Source of the DNA: a bacterium
GTDB lineage: Bacteria; UBA8248
Reading direction: 5' to 3'
Assembly (NCBI GenBank): GCA_965199855.1
Contig: OZ241326.1
Span: 416,001-480,000, forward strand
Length of the DNA stretch: 64,000 bases
Position numbers and translations under genes: made by a program. Every line of letters begins with the position of its first letter. Position 1 is the first letter of the stretch. This document shows positions 9,814-19,477 of this stretch, piece by piece. Under the pieces are notes generated by a model. That model made no database searches. It saw nothing but the letters and a program-made list of their open reading frames with translations, and was not told where the DNA came from.

Positions 9814-10464
9814 TCAGGAAGCGCGCTCTCCCGCCTCGCTCCAGGCGCGAACCACCGACCCGAAATCGACCGCCCCCTCGCGCATGAGTTCCGGCTCCTC
9901 CCCCCTCGCGTCCACCACGGTGGAGGGCGGGGCGCTTCCCGCTTCCCCTCCGTCCAGAACCAGCGCGACTCCAGCCTGAAACCGGGCGGAAATTTCCCGG
10001 GCGCTGGTGAGCGGAGGCTCGCCGGGGGGGTTCGCGCTCGTCGCCGCGAAGGGGCCGACGCGCACGGCCAGCGCGCGGCAGAGCGCGAGAGCGGGCATCC
10101 GAACGGCGACGCCCCGCCCGCCCTCCGAGAGCCGGGGAGAAAGCCCCGGATGCGCGGGCAGAACCAGGGTCAACCCCGAAGGCCACAGGGCGTCCATCAG
10201 ACGCGCCGCGCGCGGGGAGACGCCGCGGGCGAGGTCTTTCAGCTGGGAGCGATGCCCGATGAGAACGGGCGCGCCCTTCTCCTCTTCTCTGCCCTTCGCT
10301 TCGTAGAGCTTCTCGACGGCCTCCCCGTCGAGGGCGCGGGCGCACAGCCCGTAAATCGTATCCGTGGGCAGGGCGATGACGCTTCCCGCAAGCAGCTCCT
10401 CGCCGGCTCGCCGAAGCGCGCCTTCTTCCGGCGCGTCCGGGGTCACCGGAACAACGCCGCTCAC
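9814..10464 (-). CDS. tsaC: L-threonylcarbamoyladenylate synthase (TsaC/YrdC)
   Basis: PTDTIYGL, KGR, TSANPPG, PSTVVD, REGAV; GTG start overlaps purE stop. Confidence 0.88.
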   Translation of the reverse strand: MSGVVPVTPDAPEEGALRRAGEELLAGSVIALPTDTIYGLCARALDGEAVEKLYEAKGREEEKGAPVLIGHRSQLKDLARGVSPRAARLMDALWPSGLTLVLPAHPGLSPRLSEGGRGVAVRMPALALCRALAVRVGPFAATSANPPGEPPLTSAREISARFQAGVALVLDGGEAGSAPPSTVVDARGEEPELMREGAVDFGSVVRAWSEAGERAS

Positions 10465-11096
10465 TCCTGTTTTTCCCGGCGGACTCTTCTGGAGCGGCTT
10501 CGCTTCGGCCTGGACTTCTGAGCGGATTTTTTTTCGGCGTCTCCGGCGGGCTGGCCGGGCTTGTCCTTTTGAATCCGCGCGGGCGGCGGGGAGATTTCCT
10601 GCTGGAGCGCTTCGTCCGCGGCCAGCGCCTTCTCCGTCTGCTCCCGCGCGAAGCGCCGGTATTCCTTCGCCAGCCTGGAGTCGCTCAGGGCGAGGATGCG
10701 GGCGGCGTGGAGGGCCGCGTTCCTCGCGCCGGCCGCCCCGATGCCCATCGTCGCCACGGGGATGCCGGGGGGCATCTGCACGGTGGAGAGCAGGGAGTCG
10801 AGGCCGCCCAGCGAGGAGCTGTCGAGGGGAACGCCTATCACGGGCAGATCGGTGGCGGCGCTCACGACGCCCGCCAGGTGCGCCGACATGCCCGCGCCCG
10901 CGATCAGCGCGCGGATGCCGCGCCCGGGCGCCGTTTTCACGTATTCGTGAACGGCCTCGGGCGTGCGGTGGGCCGACAGAATCCTCATCTCCGAGGGAAC
11001 GCTGAGGCCGTCCAGCGTCTTGGCGGCTTCCTCCATCACGGGCCTGTCCGATGCGCTTCCCATCAGTATTCCGACCTGGGGTGCTCTCGTGGCCAA
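10461..11096 (-). CDS. purE: N5-carboxyaminoimidazole ribonucleotide mutase
   Basis: MGSASD, SAHRTP, AGMSAHL, VQMPPGIPVAT. Confidence 0.93.
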   Translation of the reverse strand: MATRAPQVGILMGSASDRPVMEEAAKTLDGLSVPSEMRILSAHRTPEAVHEYVKTAPGRGIRALIAGAGMSAHLAGVVSAATDLPVIGVPLDSSSLGGLDSLLSTVQMPPGIPVATMGIGAAGARNAALHAARILALSDSRLAKEYRRFAREQTEKALAADEALQQEISPPPARIQKDKPGQPAGDAEKKSAQKSRPKRSRSRRVRREKQE

Positions 11097-11111
11097 GGGC
11101 TCCTCCTCTTT

Positions 11112-11501
11112 TTATTGGGGAATGAACGCGAGCAGTTCGATTTCGAGCTTCGCGCCCGCGATGATTTTCGCGGCCTGGAACGTCGTGCGCGCCGGCGGGT
11201 CTTCCGTCCCGAAATACTCCTCGAAGACGGCGTTCATCTCCTGGAGATCCGCCAGATCCTCCATGAAGATGGTGACCTTGACGGCGTTTTTCAGGGATGT
11301 CCCCCCCGCCTCGCATACGGCTTTGAGATTCTCGATGACCTGGCGGGTCTGCCCGGCGACGCCGCCCGGCGCCAGCGCTCCCGTCGCGGGGTCGATGGGC
11401 AGCTGTCCGGAGCAGTGGAGCCACGCCCCGACGCGAATGGCCTGGGAGAGCGGCACCTTGCCCGAGGCCGCCTTGTCCGTCCGGACGACTTTCTTCTCCA
11501 T
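11112..11501 (-). CDS. RidA/YjgF family protein
   Basis: SGQLPIDP, VKVTIF, MNAVF, PPART, EIE. Confidence 0.88.
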   Translation of the reverse strand: MEKKVVRTDKAASGKVPLSQAIRVGAWLHCSGQLPIDPATGALAPGGVAGQTRQVIENLKAVCEAGGTSLKNAVKVTIFMEDLADLQEMNAVFEEYFGTEDPPARTTFQAAKIIAGAKLEIELLAFIPQ

Positions 11502-11755
11502 GAGCGCCTCTGAATGCCGAAGAGCGGCCCGCCCGGGCGCCCGCGCCTTGGGGGCGCGCCGCGCGCGAAAAGGGGTTTTCGGGGAACCTTCCCCCGCGTC
11601 CACGCCGGGGCCGCGCGGCCGGCGGGGACGCCTCCCTACTATCCCACAGAAGCCGCTCGTTAGAAACCGCCGGCGCCTTTTTCGACACCGGGAGAGCCGC
11701 CTGAATCCTTCGGGGGCGAGGCGAGGCTTCAAAAATCCGGAAAGCGGGTGCTACA

Positions 11756-13234
11756 ATGAAGCGGCGTCTTTTCAGAGAGGAGTTCGCCTTGGAGAGAGGC
11801 TTGTTCGAGCCGGCGGAGAGCGGCGCCGGCGGGGCGGGGGAGACCCGCGTCGATCCGCGCGCGCCCTTGGCCGAGCGCATGAGGCCCAAAACGCTCGACG
11901 AGGTTCTGGGGCAGGAGCGTCTGCTCGGCGAGGGCCGCGCGCTCAGGCGGGCCGTGGAGGAGGACGCCCTGCGATCGCTGATTCTCTGGGGCCCGCCGGG
12001 GACGGGGAAAACCACCCTGGCGCGCATCATCGCCGGTCGGACGAAGGCGCGCTTCATCACCCTGAGCGCGGTGCTTCACGGGGTGAAGGAGTTGAGGGCC
12101 TCCGTGGGCGAGGCGAGGCGCACGGCGTCCGGGGGCGTCAGGACGATTCTGTTCGTCGACGAGATTCATCGCTTCAACAAGGCCCAGCAGGACGGCCTCC
12201 TGCCGCACGTGGAAGACGGCACGGTGACGCTGATCGGCGCGACGACGGAGAACCCCTCCTTCGAGGTCATCGCTCCCCTCCTCTCCCGCGCGCGCGTGTT
12301 CGTGCTGGAGGGACTGAAGGAGCCGCACGTCGTCGCGCTGCTCCGCCGCGCCCTGCATGACGCGGAGCGCGGTCTGGGAGGCATGGGGCTGGACGCGGAG
12401 GAGGAGGCGCTTCGCCGCATCGCGCGGATGAGCGGCGGGGACGCGCGCGCCGCGCTCAACGTCCTGGAGGCGGCCGCCGCTCTCGCGGGCGGGGGCGGCC
12501 GCATCGACGCCCGTCTGGCGGCGGAGGCGGCCCAGCGAAAAACGCTTCTTTACGACAAGTCGGGCGAGGAGCACTACAATCTCATCTCGGCGCTTCACAA
12601 AACCATGAGGGCCTCCGATCCCGACGCCGCCCTCTACTGGCTCGCGCGAATGCTCGAGGGGGGAGAGGACCCCATGTATATCCTGAGGCGCCTCGTGCGC
12701 TTCGCCTCCGAGGACGTGGGCATGGCCGATCCGCGCGCGCTGGGCGTGGCGACGGCAGCCCAGCAGGCGTTTCACTTCATCGGCTCCCCCGAGGGGAAGC
12801 TCGCCATCGCGCAGGCGGTGGTCTATCTCGCCCAGGCGCCCAAGAGCGACGCGGTCTATCTCGGCTTCGGGGCCGCCGAGCGCGCCGCGCGCGAGCGCGA
12901 GGCGCCGCCCGTGCCTCATCACTTGAGAAACGCGCCGACCGGCCTGATGAAGGATTTGGGCTGCGGCGAGGGCTACCAGCACGCGCACCGGTTCGACGAC
13001 GCGGTCGTGGAGATGGAGGGAATGCCGGAGGGGCTGGAGGGAACGCGGTTTTACCGTCCCACCTCCCGGGGGTATGAGGCGGAAGTGCGGAAAAGGCTGG
13101 CCAGACGCGAGGAGATATTGAACGAGCGTCTGAGGGAGCGGCTGCGGATGCCCGACGAGGCGCCCCTGGACGACAGGCGCCCCGCTGACCCCGCGATGCC
13201 GGGGAGAAGGGGCAGGCGCAGGGATTCCTCCTGA
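11756..13234 (+). CDS. rarA: Replication-associated recombination protein A (MgsA/RarA)
   Basis: PLAERMRP, GPPGTGKTT, DEIHRFNKAQQD, GATTENP, ISALHK; real start may be TTG at 11789. Confidence 0.93.
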   Translation: MKRRLFREEFALERGLFEPAESGAGGAGETRVDPRAPLAERMRPKTLDEVLGQERLLGEGRALRRAVEEDALRSLILWGPPGTGKTTLARIIAGRTKARFITLSAVLHGVKELRASVGEARRTASGGVRTILFVDEIHRFNKAQQDGLLPHVEDGTVTLIGATTENPSFEVIAPLLSRARVFVLEGLKEPHVVALLRRALHDAERGLGGMGLDAEEEALRRIARMSGGDARAALNVLEAAAALAGGGGRIDARLAAEAAQRKTLLYDKSGEEHYNLISALHKTMRASDPDAALYWLARMLEGGEDPMYILRRLVRFASEDVGMADPRALGVATAAQQAFHFIGSPEGKLAIAQAVVYLAQAPKSDAVYLGFGAAERAAREREAPPVPHHLRNAPTGLMKDLGCGEGYQHAHRFDDAVVEMEGMPEGLEGTRFYRPTSRGYEAEVRKRLARREEILNERLRERLRMPDEAPLDDRRPADPAMPGRRGRRRDSS

Positions 13235-13292
13235 GAGAGCGGGCGGCGCGCCGCCGGCGAGGAGGCGTTCGCTCTGGTGAAGGGGTGATTTC

Positions 13293-13545
13293 TTGAGAAT
13301 CGACGGGTTCGACCACGTCCGCTCCCGGCTCCGCGGACGTATGCCTGATCGCGAAAAACGGACCCGGGCGAGGCGATGGCGCGCGTCGAAAGCTGCGGGG
13401 TGGAGATTCTCGAGGGCGTCTGCGGGAAGAGCGGCGCCAGGGGGGCGATTCTCTCTTTTTATTTCCGCGATCCCTACGGGAACCCGATTGAGGCGTCCGG
13501 CTGCCCGGAGGAGGCGGAGCGGCCCGCCTCGCCCGCGCCTAGCTG
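13293..13545 (+). pseudogene. Decayed VOC/glyoxalase family gene
   Basis: MRIDGFDHV, then PGSADVCLIA, then GVEILEG...GARGAILSFYFRDPYGNPIE in different frames; middle of the domain missing. Confidence 0.6.
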
Positions 13546-14399
13546 AAAAGCTCTATCCTGGCTTCTTGTTCTCCGTGATACACCGCCTTCGCCTTGAGCA
13601 GATCGTCCATCACCACCCGCTTGTCGCGCGGATTTCTGAGCAGATAGGCGGGATGATAGGTCGAGAGGCAGGGAATTCCCTGGTAGCGGCCGAATTTCCC
13701 CCGAAGCCTGCCGATGGGCGTCTTCGTCTGGAGGAGCCACTGGGCGGCGAATCTTCCGAGCGCCAGAATCAGCCTGGGCCGGATGATGGCGAGCTGCTTG
13801 TGAAGGTAAGGCTCGCAGCAGTCGATCTCGTCGGGTTCGGGGTCGCGGTTGCCCGGCGGCCTGCACTTGAGGATGTTGCAGATATAGACCTCTTGGCGGG
13901 GAACCTCGATCACGTTTTCGATCATCTTCGTCAGCATCTGTCCCGCCCGGCCCACGAAGGGGACGCCCTCCGCGTCCTCGCTGGCGCCCGGCGCCTCGCC
14001 GACGATGGCGAGGTTCGCGTCCGGGTTTCCCACCCCGAACACGAGGTTCGCGCGCGTCTCGCCCAGCTTGCAGCGCAGGCAGCCGTCCACGGCGGCGTGA
14101 AGCGCGTCGAGGGGCATATCCGCGTCCGGATCGAAGGGCAGGGGCGGCGGCGGCGGCCCCTGGCTTCTGCGCTTCGCCATGGGCGCCAGATTGGCCTGTG
14201 GTCCCGCGGATGGCAGCAGGGACGGCTGGGCGGAAGTTCCGGCGGATTCCGGCTCCGGCGCGCGGGCGGGCTCGGGGCTCTCGGCGCGCGCAGGCGCCGC
14301 CTTTCGGGGAGCGCCCAGGCTCGCGTAGCGGACGCCGGCGGCCTTCTGGCTTCGCAGATGTCCCAGCAGGCCCCGAAGGAGCTCTTCCCGCTCGCTCAT
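13539..14399 (-). CDS. Uracil-DNA glycosylase family 4
   Basis: CLRCKL Fe-S motif, VGEAPG, FVGRAG, KCRPPGNR, TYHPAYLLR. Confidence 0.9.
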   Translation of the reverse strand: MSEREELLRGLLGHLRSQKAAGVRYASLGAPRKAAPARAESPEPARAPEPESAGTSAQPSLLPSAGPQANLAPMAKRRSQGPPPPPLPFDPDADMPLDALHAAVDGCLRCKLGETRANLVFGVGNPDANLAIVGEAPGASEDAEGVPFVGRAGQMLTKMIENVIEVPRQEVYICNILKCRPPGNRDPEPDEIDCCEPYLHKQLAIIRPRLILALGRFAAQWLLQTKTPIGRLRGKFGRYQGIPCLSTYHPAYLLRNPRDKRVVMDDLLKAKAVYHGEQEARIELFS

Positions 14400-14433
14400 C
14401 GCCGCGGCCGCCGGGCTTCGGAAGCAGGCGGAT

Positions 14434-15675
14434 TCATGCGTCGCCGCTCCGCCACATTCCCGCGATCCTGTCGAGAATGCGGCCGGCCAGAACTTCCTTC
14501 GGCATCGCGGGGAGCGCCTCGACCGCCTCGTCGGAGCCGATGAGCCAGGCGCGGGAGGAATCCGCGCCCATCGCGTCCTCTTCGCCGGATACCCTGTTCG
14601 CCACAATCAGGTCGAGCCCCTTTCGCTCGAGCTTCTCCCGCGCGCGCTCGACCACCCGCTCGGTTTCGGCGGCGAAGCCGACGAGGATTCGCCCCCCCTT
14701 GTCCGCTCCCAGCTCGGAGAGAATGTCGGTCGTTCGCTCGAGCGGGATGGCGAGCGCGCCGTCCTCTTTTTTGCGCTTGCGGGCCGAGGGCGCGGCGGGG
14801 CGATAGTCCGCCACGGCGGCCGCCATGACGAGGGCGCGCGCCCCGGCCCACAGGCGCCTCACGGCCTCGCGCATGTCGGCGGCCGATTCCACGTGAACCA
14901 CCTCCACGCCCGGCGGATCGGCGAGGGCCACGGGGCCGCTCACGAGGGCGGCGTCCGCCCCCCGTCGGGCGGCTTCCTTCGCCAGGGCGAAGCCCATCTT
15001 TCCGCTGGAGCGGTTCGAGAGAAAGCGCACGGCGTCCCACCTCTCCCGCGTCGGCCCCGCCGTGACGAGCAGCCTCATGCCGGCGAGGTCCGCGGCCGGC
15101 GTCAGGATGCGGCGCGCGGCCAGCAGGATTTCGCGCGGCTCGGGCATTCGCCCCCGGCCGACGCCCTCCTCCGCGCGCGCCATGCGGCCCGCTCCCGGCT
15201 CCATGACGACGTGGCCGCGCCCCCGCAGGGTCTCCACGTTCTCCCGAACGGCGGGCGACGCCCACATCCGGGGGTTCATGGCGGGCGCGAGAAGCGCCGG
15301 CGGCTTCGCAGAGAGCAGCAGGGCGGAGAGAAAGTCGTCGCCCACCCCGTGGGCGAACTTCCCGATGAGGTTCGCCGTGGCCGGCGCGACGAGGATGAGG
15401 TCGGCGCGATCCGACAGGGAGACGTGCGGCATGTCTCCCGTGAATGCGCCGCCTTCCACGGGGAACATCCTTTGTATGGGCGTCTTGCCGGTAAGCACCT
15501 CGAAGGGCAGGGGCCGGACGAACGAAGAGGCGTTTTGGGTGAGAACCGTCTGCACCTCGGCGCCGTCCAGGACGAGGAGGCGCGCCAGCTCGACCGATTT
15601 GTAGGAGGCGATGCCGCCCGATACGCCGAGAACCGCCCTTTTGCCGGAAAGGGGTGCCGAGTCGCGCTCGCTCAA
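14434..15675 (-). CDS. coaBC: Bifunctional phosphopantothenoylcysteine decarboxylase/ligase
   Basis: GVSGGIASYK, APATAN, PAMN, TAGPTRE, NRSSGKMG, VGFAAET; TTG start overlaps gmk stop. Confidence 0.93.
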   Translation of the reverse strand: MSERDSAPLSGKRAVLGVSGGIASYKSVELARLLVLDGAEVQTVLTQNASSFVRPLPFEVLTGKTPIQRMFPVEGGAFTGDMPHVSLSDRADLILVAPATANLIGKFAHGVGDDFLSALLLSAKPPALLAPAMNPRMWASPAVRENVETLRGRGHVVMEPGAGRMARAEEGVGRGRMPEPREILLAARRILTPAADLAGMRLLVTAGPTRERWDAVRFLSNRSSGKMGFALAKEAARRGADAALVSGPVALADPPGVEVVHVESAADMREAVRRLWAGARALVMAAAVADYRPAAPSARKRKKEDGALAIPLERTTDILSELGADKGGRILVGFAAETERVVERAREKLERKGLDLIVANRVSGEEDAMGADSSRAWLIGSDEAVEALPAMPKEVLAGRILDRIAGMWRSGDA

Positions 15676-16253
15676 CGGGGATTCTCCCCCCCTCGCCGCG
15701 CGAGAAGCAGTTTTCTGAATTCCCGGAAGGCGGCCCCGAAATCGTCGTTCACGATGACGTGGTCGTAAAGATGGCTCTGGGCCATCTCCTCCTCCGCCTC
15801 GGAGAGCCGCAGCGCGACGGCATCTTCGGATTCCGTGCCCCGGCTCCTGAGCCGGACGCCGAGCTCCTCCAGCGAGGGCGGCGTGATGAATACGAGTATG
15901 GCGTCCGACTGCGCTTTCCTGACCCGGAGGGCGCCCTGCACGTCCAGGTCCATGATGACGTCCTCTCCCCCGGCGAGACGCGCCTCGACCTCGTCCCTGG
16001 GCGTTCCGTAGAACGCGTCGAAGACCCGCGCCCATTCGAGGAATTCGCCTTTCGCTATCATGTCCTGAAACTCCCGCTTTTCCACGAAATGGTAGTGAAC
16101 CCCGTCTTCCTCGTAGTCGCGCCTGGGCCGGGTAGTCGCGCTTATCGAATGCCAGACGCCGGGAATCTCCTCGCATGAGCGGGCGATCAGCGTGGACTTG
16201 CCCGTTCCCGAAGGCGCGGAGAGAACGAAAAGACCACCCTGTCGGCGCGTCAT
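15672..16253 (-). CDS. gmk: Guanylate kinase
   Basis: SAPSGTGKST, SATTRPRR, FLEWA, YGTP, DVQGA. Confidence 0.93.
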   Translation of the reverse strand: MTRRQGGLFVLSAPSGTGKSTLIARSCEEIPGVWHSISATTRPRRDYEEDGVHYHFVEKREFQDMIAKGEFLEWARVFDAFYGTPRDEVEARLAGGEDVIMDLDVQGALRVRKAQSDAILVFITPPSLEELGVRLRSRGTESEDAVALRLSEAEEEMAQSHLYDHVIVNDDFGAAFREFRKLLLARRGGENPR

Positions 16254-17122
16254 TCGACGTTCTGCGCCTGCTCGCGGATTTTCTCGATGGCGCTTTTCAT
16301 CTCGACCGCGCATTGCGTGAGCGTCAGGTCGAAGGATTTCGAGGAAATCGTGTTGGCCTCGCGGTTCATCTCCTGGACGAGAAAATCGAGTTTGCGGCCG
16401 GTGGGCCCCTCGCCCCCGAGCATGTCCCGGAACTGGGCGATGTGGCTGTCGAGGCGGCCCAGCTCCTCGCTGATGTCGCCGCGCTCGGCGGCGTAGAGCA
16501 TCTCCTGCTCCAGGCGGCCTTCGTCCGCCTCGACCTCTTCGGCGAATTCGAGAATCCGCCCGCGCATCCGCGCGGCGAGCAGTTTTTGCGCCTCGGGCAG
16601 GCGTTTTCGGACTTCCCCGCACCGCTTTTTCAGGGCGCGAAGGTGGGCGTTCATGTCTTTCGCCAGCGCGCGCCCCTCCTTTCGGCGCATCCGCCCGAGG
16701 GCGTCCAGCGCGTCGCCCAGGGCCTCCATGAGGGGCGCCCGGATGTCGTCCGCCTCCGGCTGCGGCTCCGCGCTTTTGAGCAGGTCCCGAAAGCCTGTGA
16801 GCGTGGAGAAGTCCACCTCGCCGGGGATTTTCAACTCCTCCTTCACCGACTTCAGGGCGGCGAACAGAGATTTCGCGGCGCGGACGTCGATGGGCGGCGC
16901 GCCGTTCGCGCCCTCGCCCATGTGGATGAAAATGTCGAAGCGCCCGCGGGAGAAGCGCCTTTTCACCGTCTCGCGCACTTCTCCCTCCAGCGGGAGCGAC
17001 CAGCGGGGCCCCCGAATCGAAGCCTCCAGGTAGCGGTGATTCACCGAGCGCGCCTCGACGCTGACGGAGGCGCCGCCCAGCCGCCTCTCTCCCGCGCCGT
17101 AGCCCGTCATGCTGTCCGTCAT
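16250..17122 (-). CDS. YicC/YloC family endoribonuclease
   Basis: SMTGYG, SVNHRYLE, GRKLDFLVQEMNREANT, EKIREQAQNVE. Confidence 0.92.
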   Translation of the reverse strand: MTDSMTGYGAGERRLGGASVSVEARSVNHRYLEASIRGPRWSLPLEGEVRETVKRRFSRGRFDIFIHMGEGANGAPPIDVRAAKSLFAALKSVKEELKIPGEVDFSTLTGFRDLLKSAEPQPEADDIRAPLMEALGDALDALGRMRRKEGRALAKDMNAHLRALKKRCGEVRKRLPEAQKLLAARMRGRILEFAEEVEADEGRLEQEMLYAAERGDISEELGRLDSHIAQFRDMLGGEGPTGRKLDFLVQEMNREANTISSKSFDLTLTQCAVEMKSAIEKIREQAQNVE

Positions 17123-17240
17123 CGTTCGCCTCAGGATGCGTTGCGCGTTGCGGCCGCGCCGAAAGAGTCTACAATAAATTTCCGCTTTTGGCCTATGGGC
17201 TCGCGCGCCTCCGGCGATATGCGAGGATTCGGACGGCATC

Positions 17241-18998
17241 ATGGACGCTTTCGCGCTTCAGGCGATTGCCGGGGAGTTGAGCGAAGTCCTTTCGGGGGCG
17301 CGCCTCGACAGAATCTCCCAGGCCGACGCGCATACGATAGTCCTCTTTTTCTCCGGCGCCCGGGCGCGGGGGCGCCGCCTTCTCGTCAGCGCGGACCCGG
17401 CCTTCCCCCGGGTTCACCTCGCCGCCGACCCGCCCGCGAGCCTGCCGGAGGCGCCCGCGTTCTGCCGGGTGCTCAGAAAGCGTCTCGTCGGCTCGCGCCT
17501 CACCCGCGCCGCGGCCGGAGAATGGGAGAGGGTTCTCCAGTTCTCCTTCGAGCGGCGGGGCGGCGCCTTCGCGCTGATGGCGGAGATGATGGGCCGATGG
17601 AGCAACCTGATCCTGCTGAAAGGCGCGACGGGCGAAATCCTGGAAGTCCTGAGGCCGGCTCCCCGGAGCCGGAATCCCCGGAGGCCCCTGGAGCGGGGAG
17701 GCCGGTATCGGCTTCCGCCGCCGCAGGAGAAGGCGAACCCGGATGCGCTGACGCCGGATGCGATTCGCAAAATGTTCGAGGAGTCGAACCTCCGCTCCGC
17801 CGCGCCGGAGGAGTTCGCGCGCTGGCTGGTTCGCTCGGTTGGCGGGTTGAGCCCGGCGGTCGCCCGGGAGCTCGCGCGCGCCTCCCGCGCCGATGAGGGA
17901 TGGGCGGGCGCGGCGGACGCCCTGACGCGCGCGATTCTGGGCTATCGGCGCAGGGAATTCGCCCCCGCCTGGGTTCTGGGGGCCGACGGGAGCCCCGTGG
18001 GGCTGAGCGCGGTCCGAATCCCCGGCGCGGAGCCGGCGTCGCGCCGAGCCTTCGGCTCCATGAACGAGGCGGCGGATGCGTTTTACGAGAAAATCCTGCG
18101 GGACGCCCGGCTGGAGGAGCGGAAAAAAGGCGCGTCCAGAATTCTCCGCCGCGCGCGGGAGCGCGTCCGCCGGGCGATTGACGCGGCGCGGGAGGATGCG
18201 GCCGCCGACGCGGAGGCGGGAGACGCCTTGCGCAAAGGCGAGCTGCTGCTGGAGCGTCTGGACGAAGCGGGGGAAGCGAGGGTTCTTCGCGTCCTTGACG
18301 GGGACGATCCGGTCGAAATCGCCCTCGACCCGAGGCTCACGCCCTCTGCGAACGCGCAGCGATACTTTCGCCGCTACAAGAAGCTGAAAAGGCGGGCGTC
18401 CTCGGCGCGGGCGCGCCTTCGGGAGATGGAGAGCGAGGAGGCTTTCGTTGAGGGGCTCATGTTCGACCTCGAGGCGGCGGATGACGGGGAGGGCGTATCG
18501 GGCGTGGAGGAGGCGCTCGCCCGGGCGGGCGTCCCCATGCGGCGAGAGGAGGCGAAGCCCGGGCGAGGCGGCGGCGCGCGGGGCCGGCGACCCGAGCCCG
18601 CCAGGCGCTACAGGCGGTTTCTTTCGCCTTCTGGCTGGGAGGTGATCGTCGGCAAAAACGCCATGGGCAACGAGGAGCTGCTCAGGCGCGTGGGCAGGAG
18701 GAGCGATACGTGGCTCCACGCCCGGGACGCGCCGGGCAGCCACGCGCTCCTTCGCCGCGCGGAGGGGGCGCCGGCCGAGCCGGATGAGGAGACTCTGGTT
18801 CAGGCGGCGGCCTTCGCCGCGTATTTCAGCCGCGGGCGCGCGGACTCGAAGCTCCCGGTCGCCTGGCTTCCGTTCGCCTCCCTGAGAAGGCCGAAGGGGG
18901 CGCGTCCCGGCCAGGTTCTGCTCGGCGCCCACCGGACGATTCTGGTCGATCCCGCCCTGGGCGAGCGCCTTTGCGGCGAATGGGAGGAGGTTTCCTGA
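17241..18998 (+). CDS. rqcH: NFACT/RqcH (FbpA) ribosome quality-control protein
   Basis: MDAFAL start, EMMGRWSNLIL, NAQRYFRRYKK, VGKNAMGNE, WLHARDAPGSH. Confidence 0.85.
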   Translation: MDAFALQAIAGELSEVLSGARLDRISQADAHTIVLFFSGARARGRRLLVSADPAFPRVHLAADPPASLPEAPAFCRVLRKRLVGSRLTRAAAGEWERVLQFSFERRGGAFALMAEMMGRWSNLILLKGATGEILEVLRPAPRSRNPRRPLERGGRYRLPPPQEKANPDALTPDAIRKMFEESNLRSAAPEEFARWLVRSVGGLSPAVARELARASRADEGWAGAADALTRAILGYRRREFAPAWVLGADGSPVGLSAVRIPGAEPASRRAFGSMNEAADAFYEKILRDARLEERKKGASRILRRARERVRRAIDAAREDAAADAEAGDALRKGELLLERLDEAGEARVLRVLDGDDPVEIALDPRLTPSANAQRYFRRYKKLKRRASSARARLREMESEEAFVEGLMFDLEAADDGEGVSGVEEALARAGVPMRREEAKPGRGGGARGRRPEPARRYRRFLSPSGWEVIVGKNAMGNEELLRRVGRRSDTWLHARDAPGSHALLRRAEGAPAEPDEETLVQAAAFAAYFSRGRADSKLPVAWLPFASLRRPKGARPGQVLLGAHRTILVDPALGERLCGEWEEVS

Positions 18999-19035
18999 GG
19001 CGGCCTCGCCGAGCGGGCGAAAAAAGCGCTTTCCC

Positions 19036-19464
19036 TCACGCGCCGCCGCCCCCCTCCAGAATTCTCTTGAGGTTCGCCAGCTCCCGGATGTTTCGCAGCG
19101 TGCCCTCCCGGTGCTTCGCCTGGCTTTCGTATTCGTCCGCCTCCACCGTGTGGAGGACGTGGGTGTGGCGCCCCTCCTCCTCGAAGCGGTAGCCGATGAT
19201 CATGACGGGCGCCTCCGCGCCGTCCTCGAAGTTGCGCCAGACGATTCTTTCGTTCGGCTCCCAGACGGTGATTTCGGAGAGGTGCTCGACGCCGTTCGCA
19301 TAGACCTGGCGAAACCGCGTTCCCGCCCCGCTTTTTTCCTCCGACACGATTCGGACGCTTCGGCAGAAATCCGCGATTCGCGGATGCGTTTCCACGCGCG
19401 CGATGAAGTTGAACACCTTTTCGGCGGGCGCGCGTATTTTCTCGATGACCGCTACGGGAGGCAT
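19036..19464 (-). CDS. SRPBCC/polyketide cyclase family protein
   Basis: IRAPAEKVF, GAGTRF, WEPNERIVW, ELANLKRILE. Confidence 0.75.
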   Translation of the reverse strand: MPPVAVIEKIRAPAEKVFNFIARVETHPRIADFCRSVRIVSEEKSGAGTRFRQVYANGVEHLSEITVWEPNERIVWRNFEDGAEAPVMIIGYRFEEEGRHTHVLHTVEADEYESQAKHREGTLRNIRELANLKRILEGGGGA

Positions 19465-19477
19465 GAGTCGATCTCCT

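Noticed and set aside
9814-16176. Apparent long fusion ORFs (9814-12060, 14434-16176)
   Set aside because: Upstream extensions are off-frame read-through of neighbouring genes; true starts overlap the preceding stop codons
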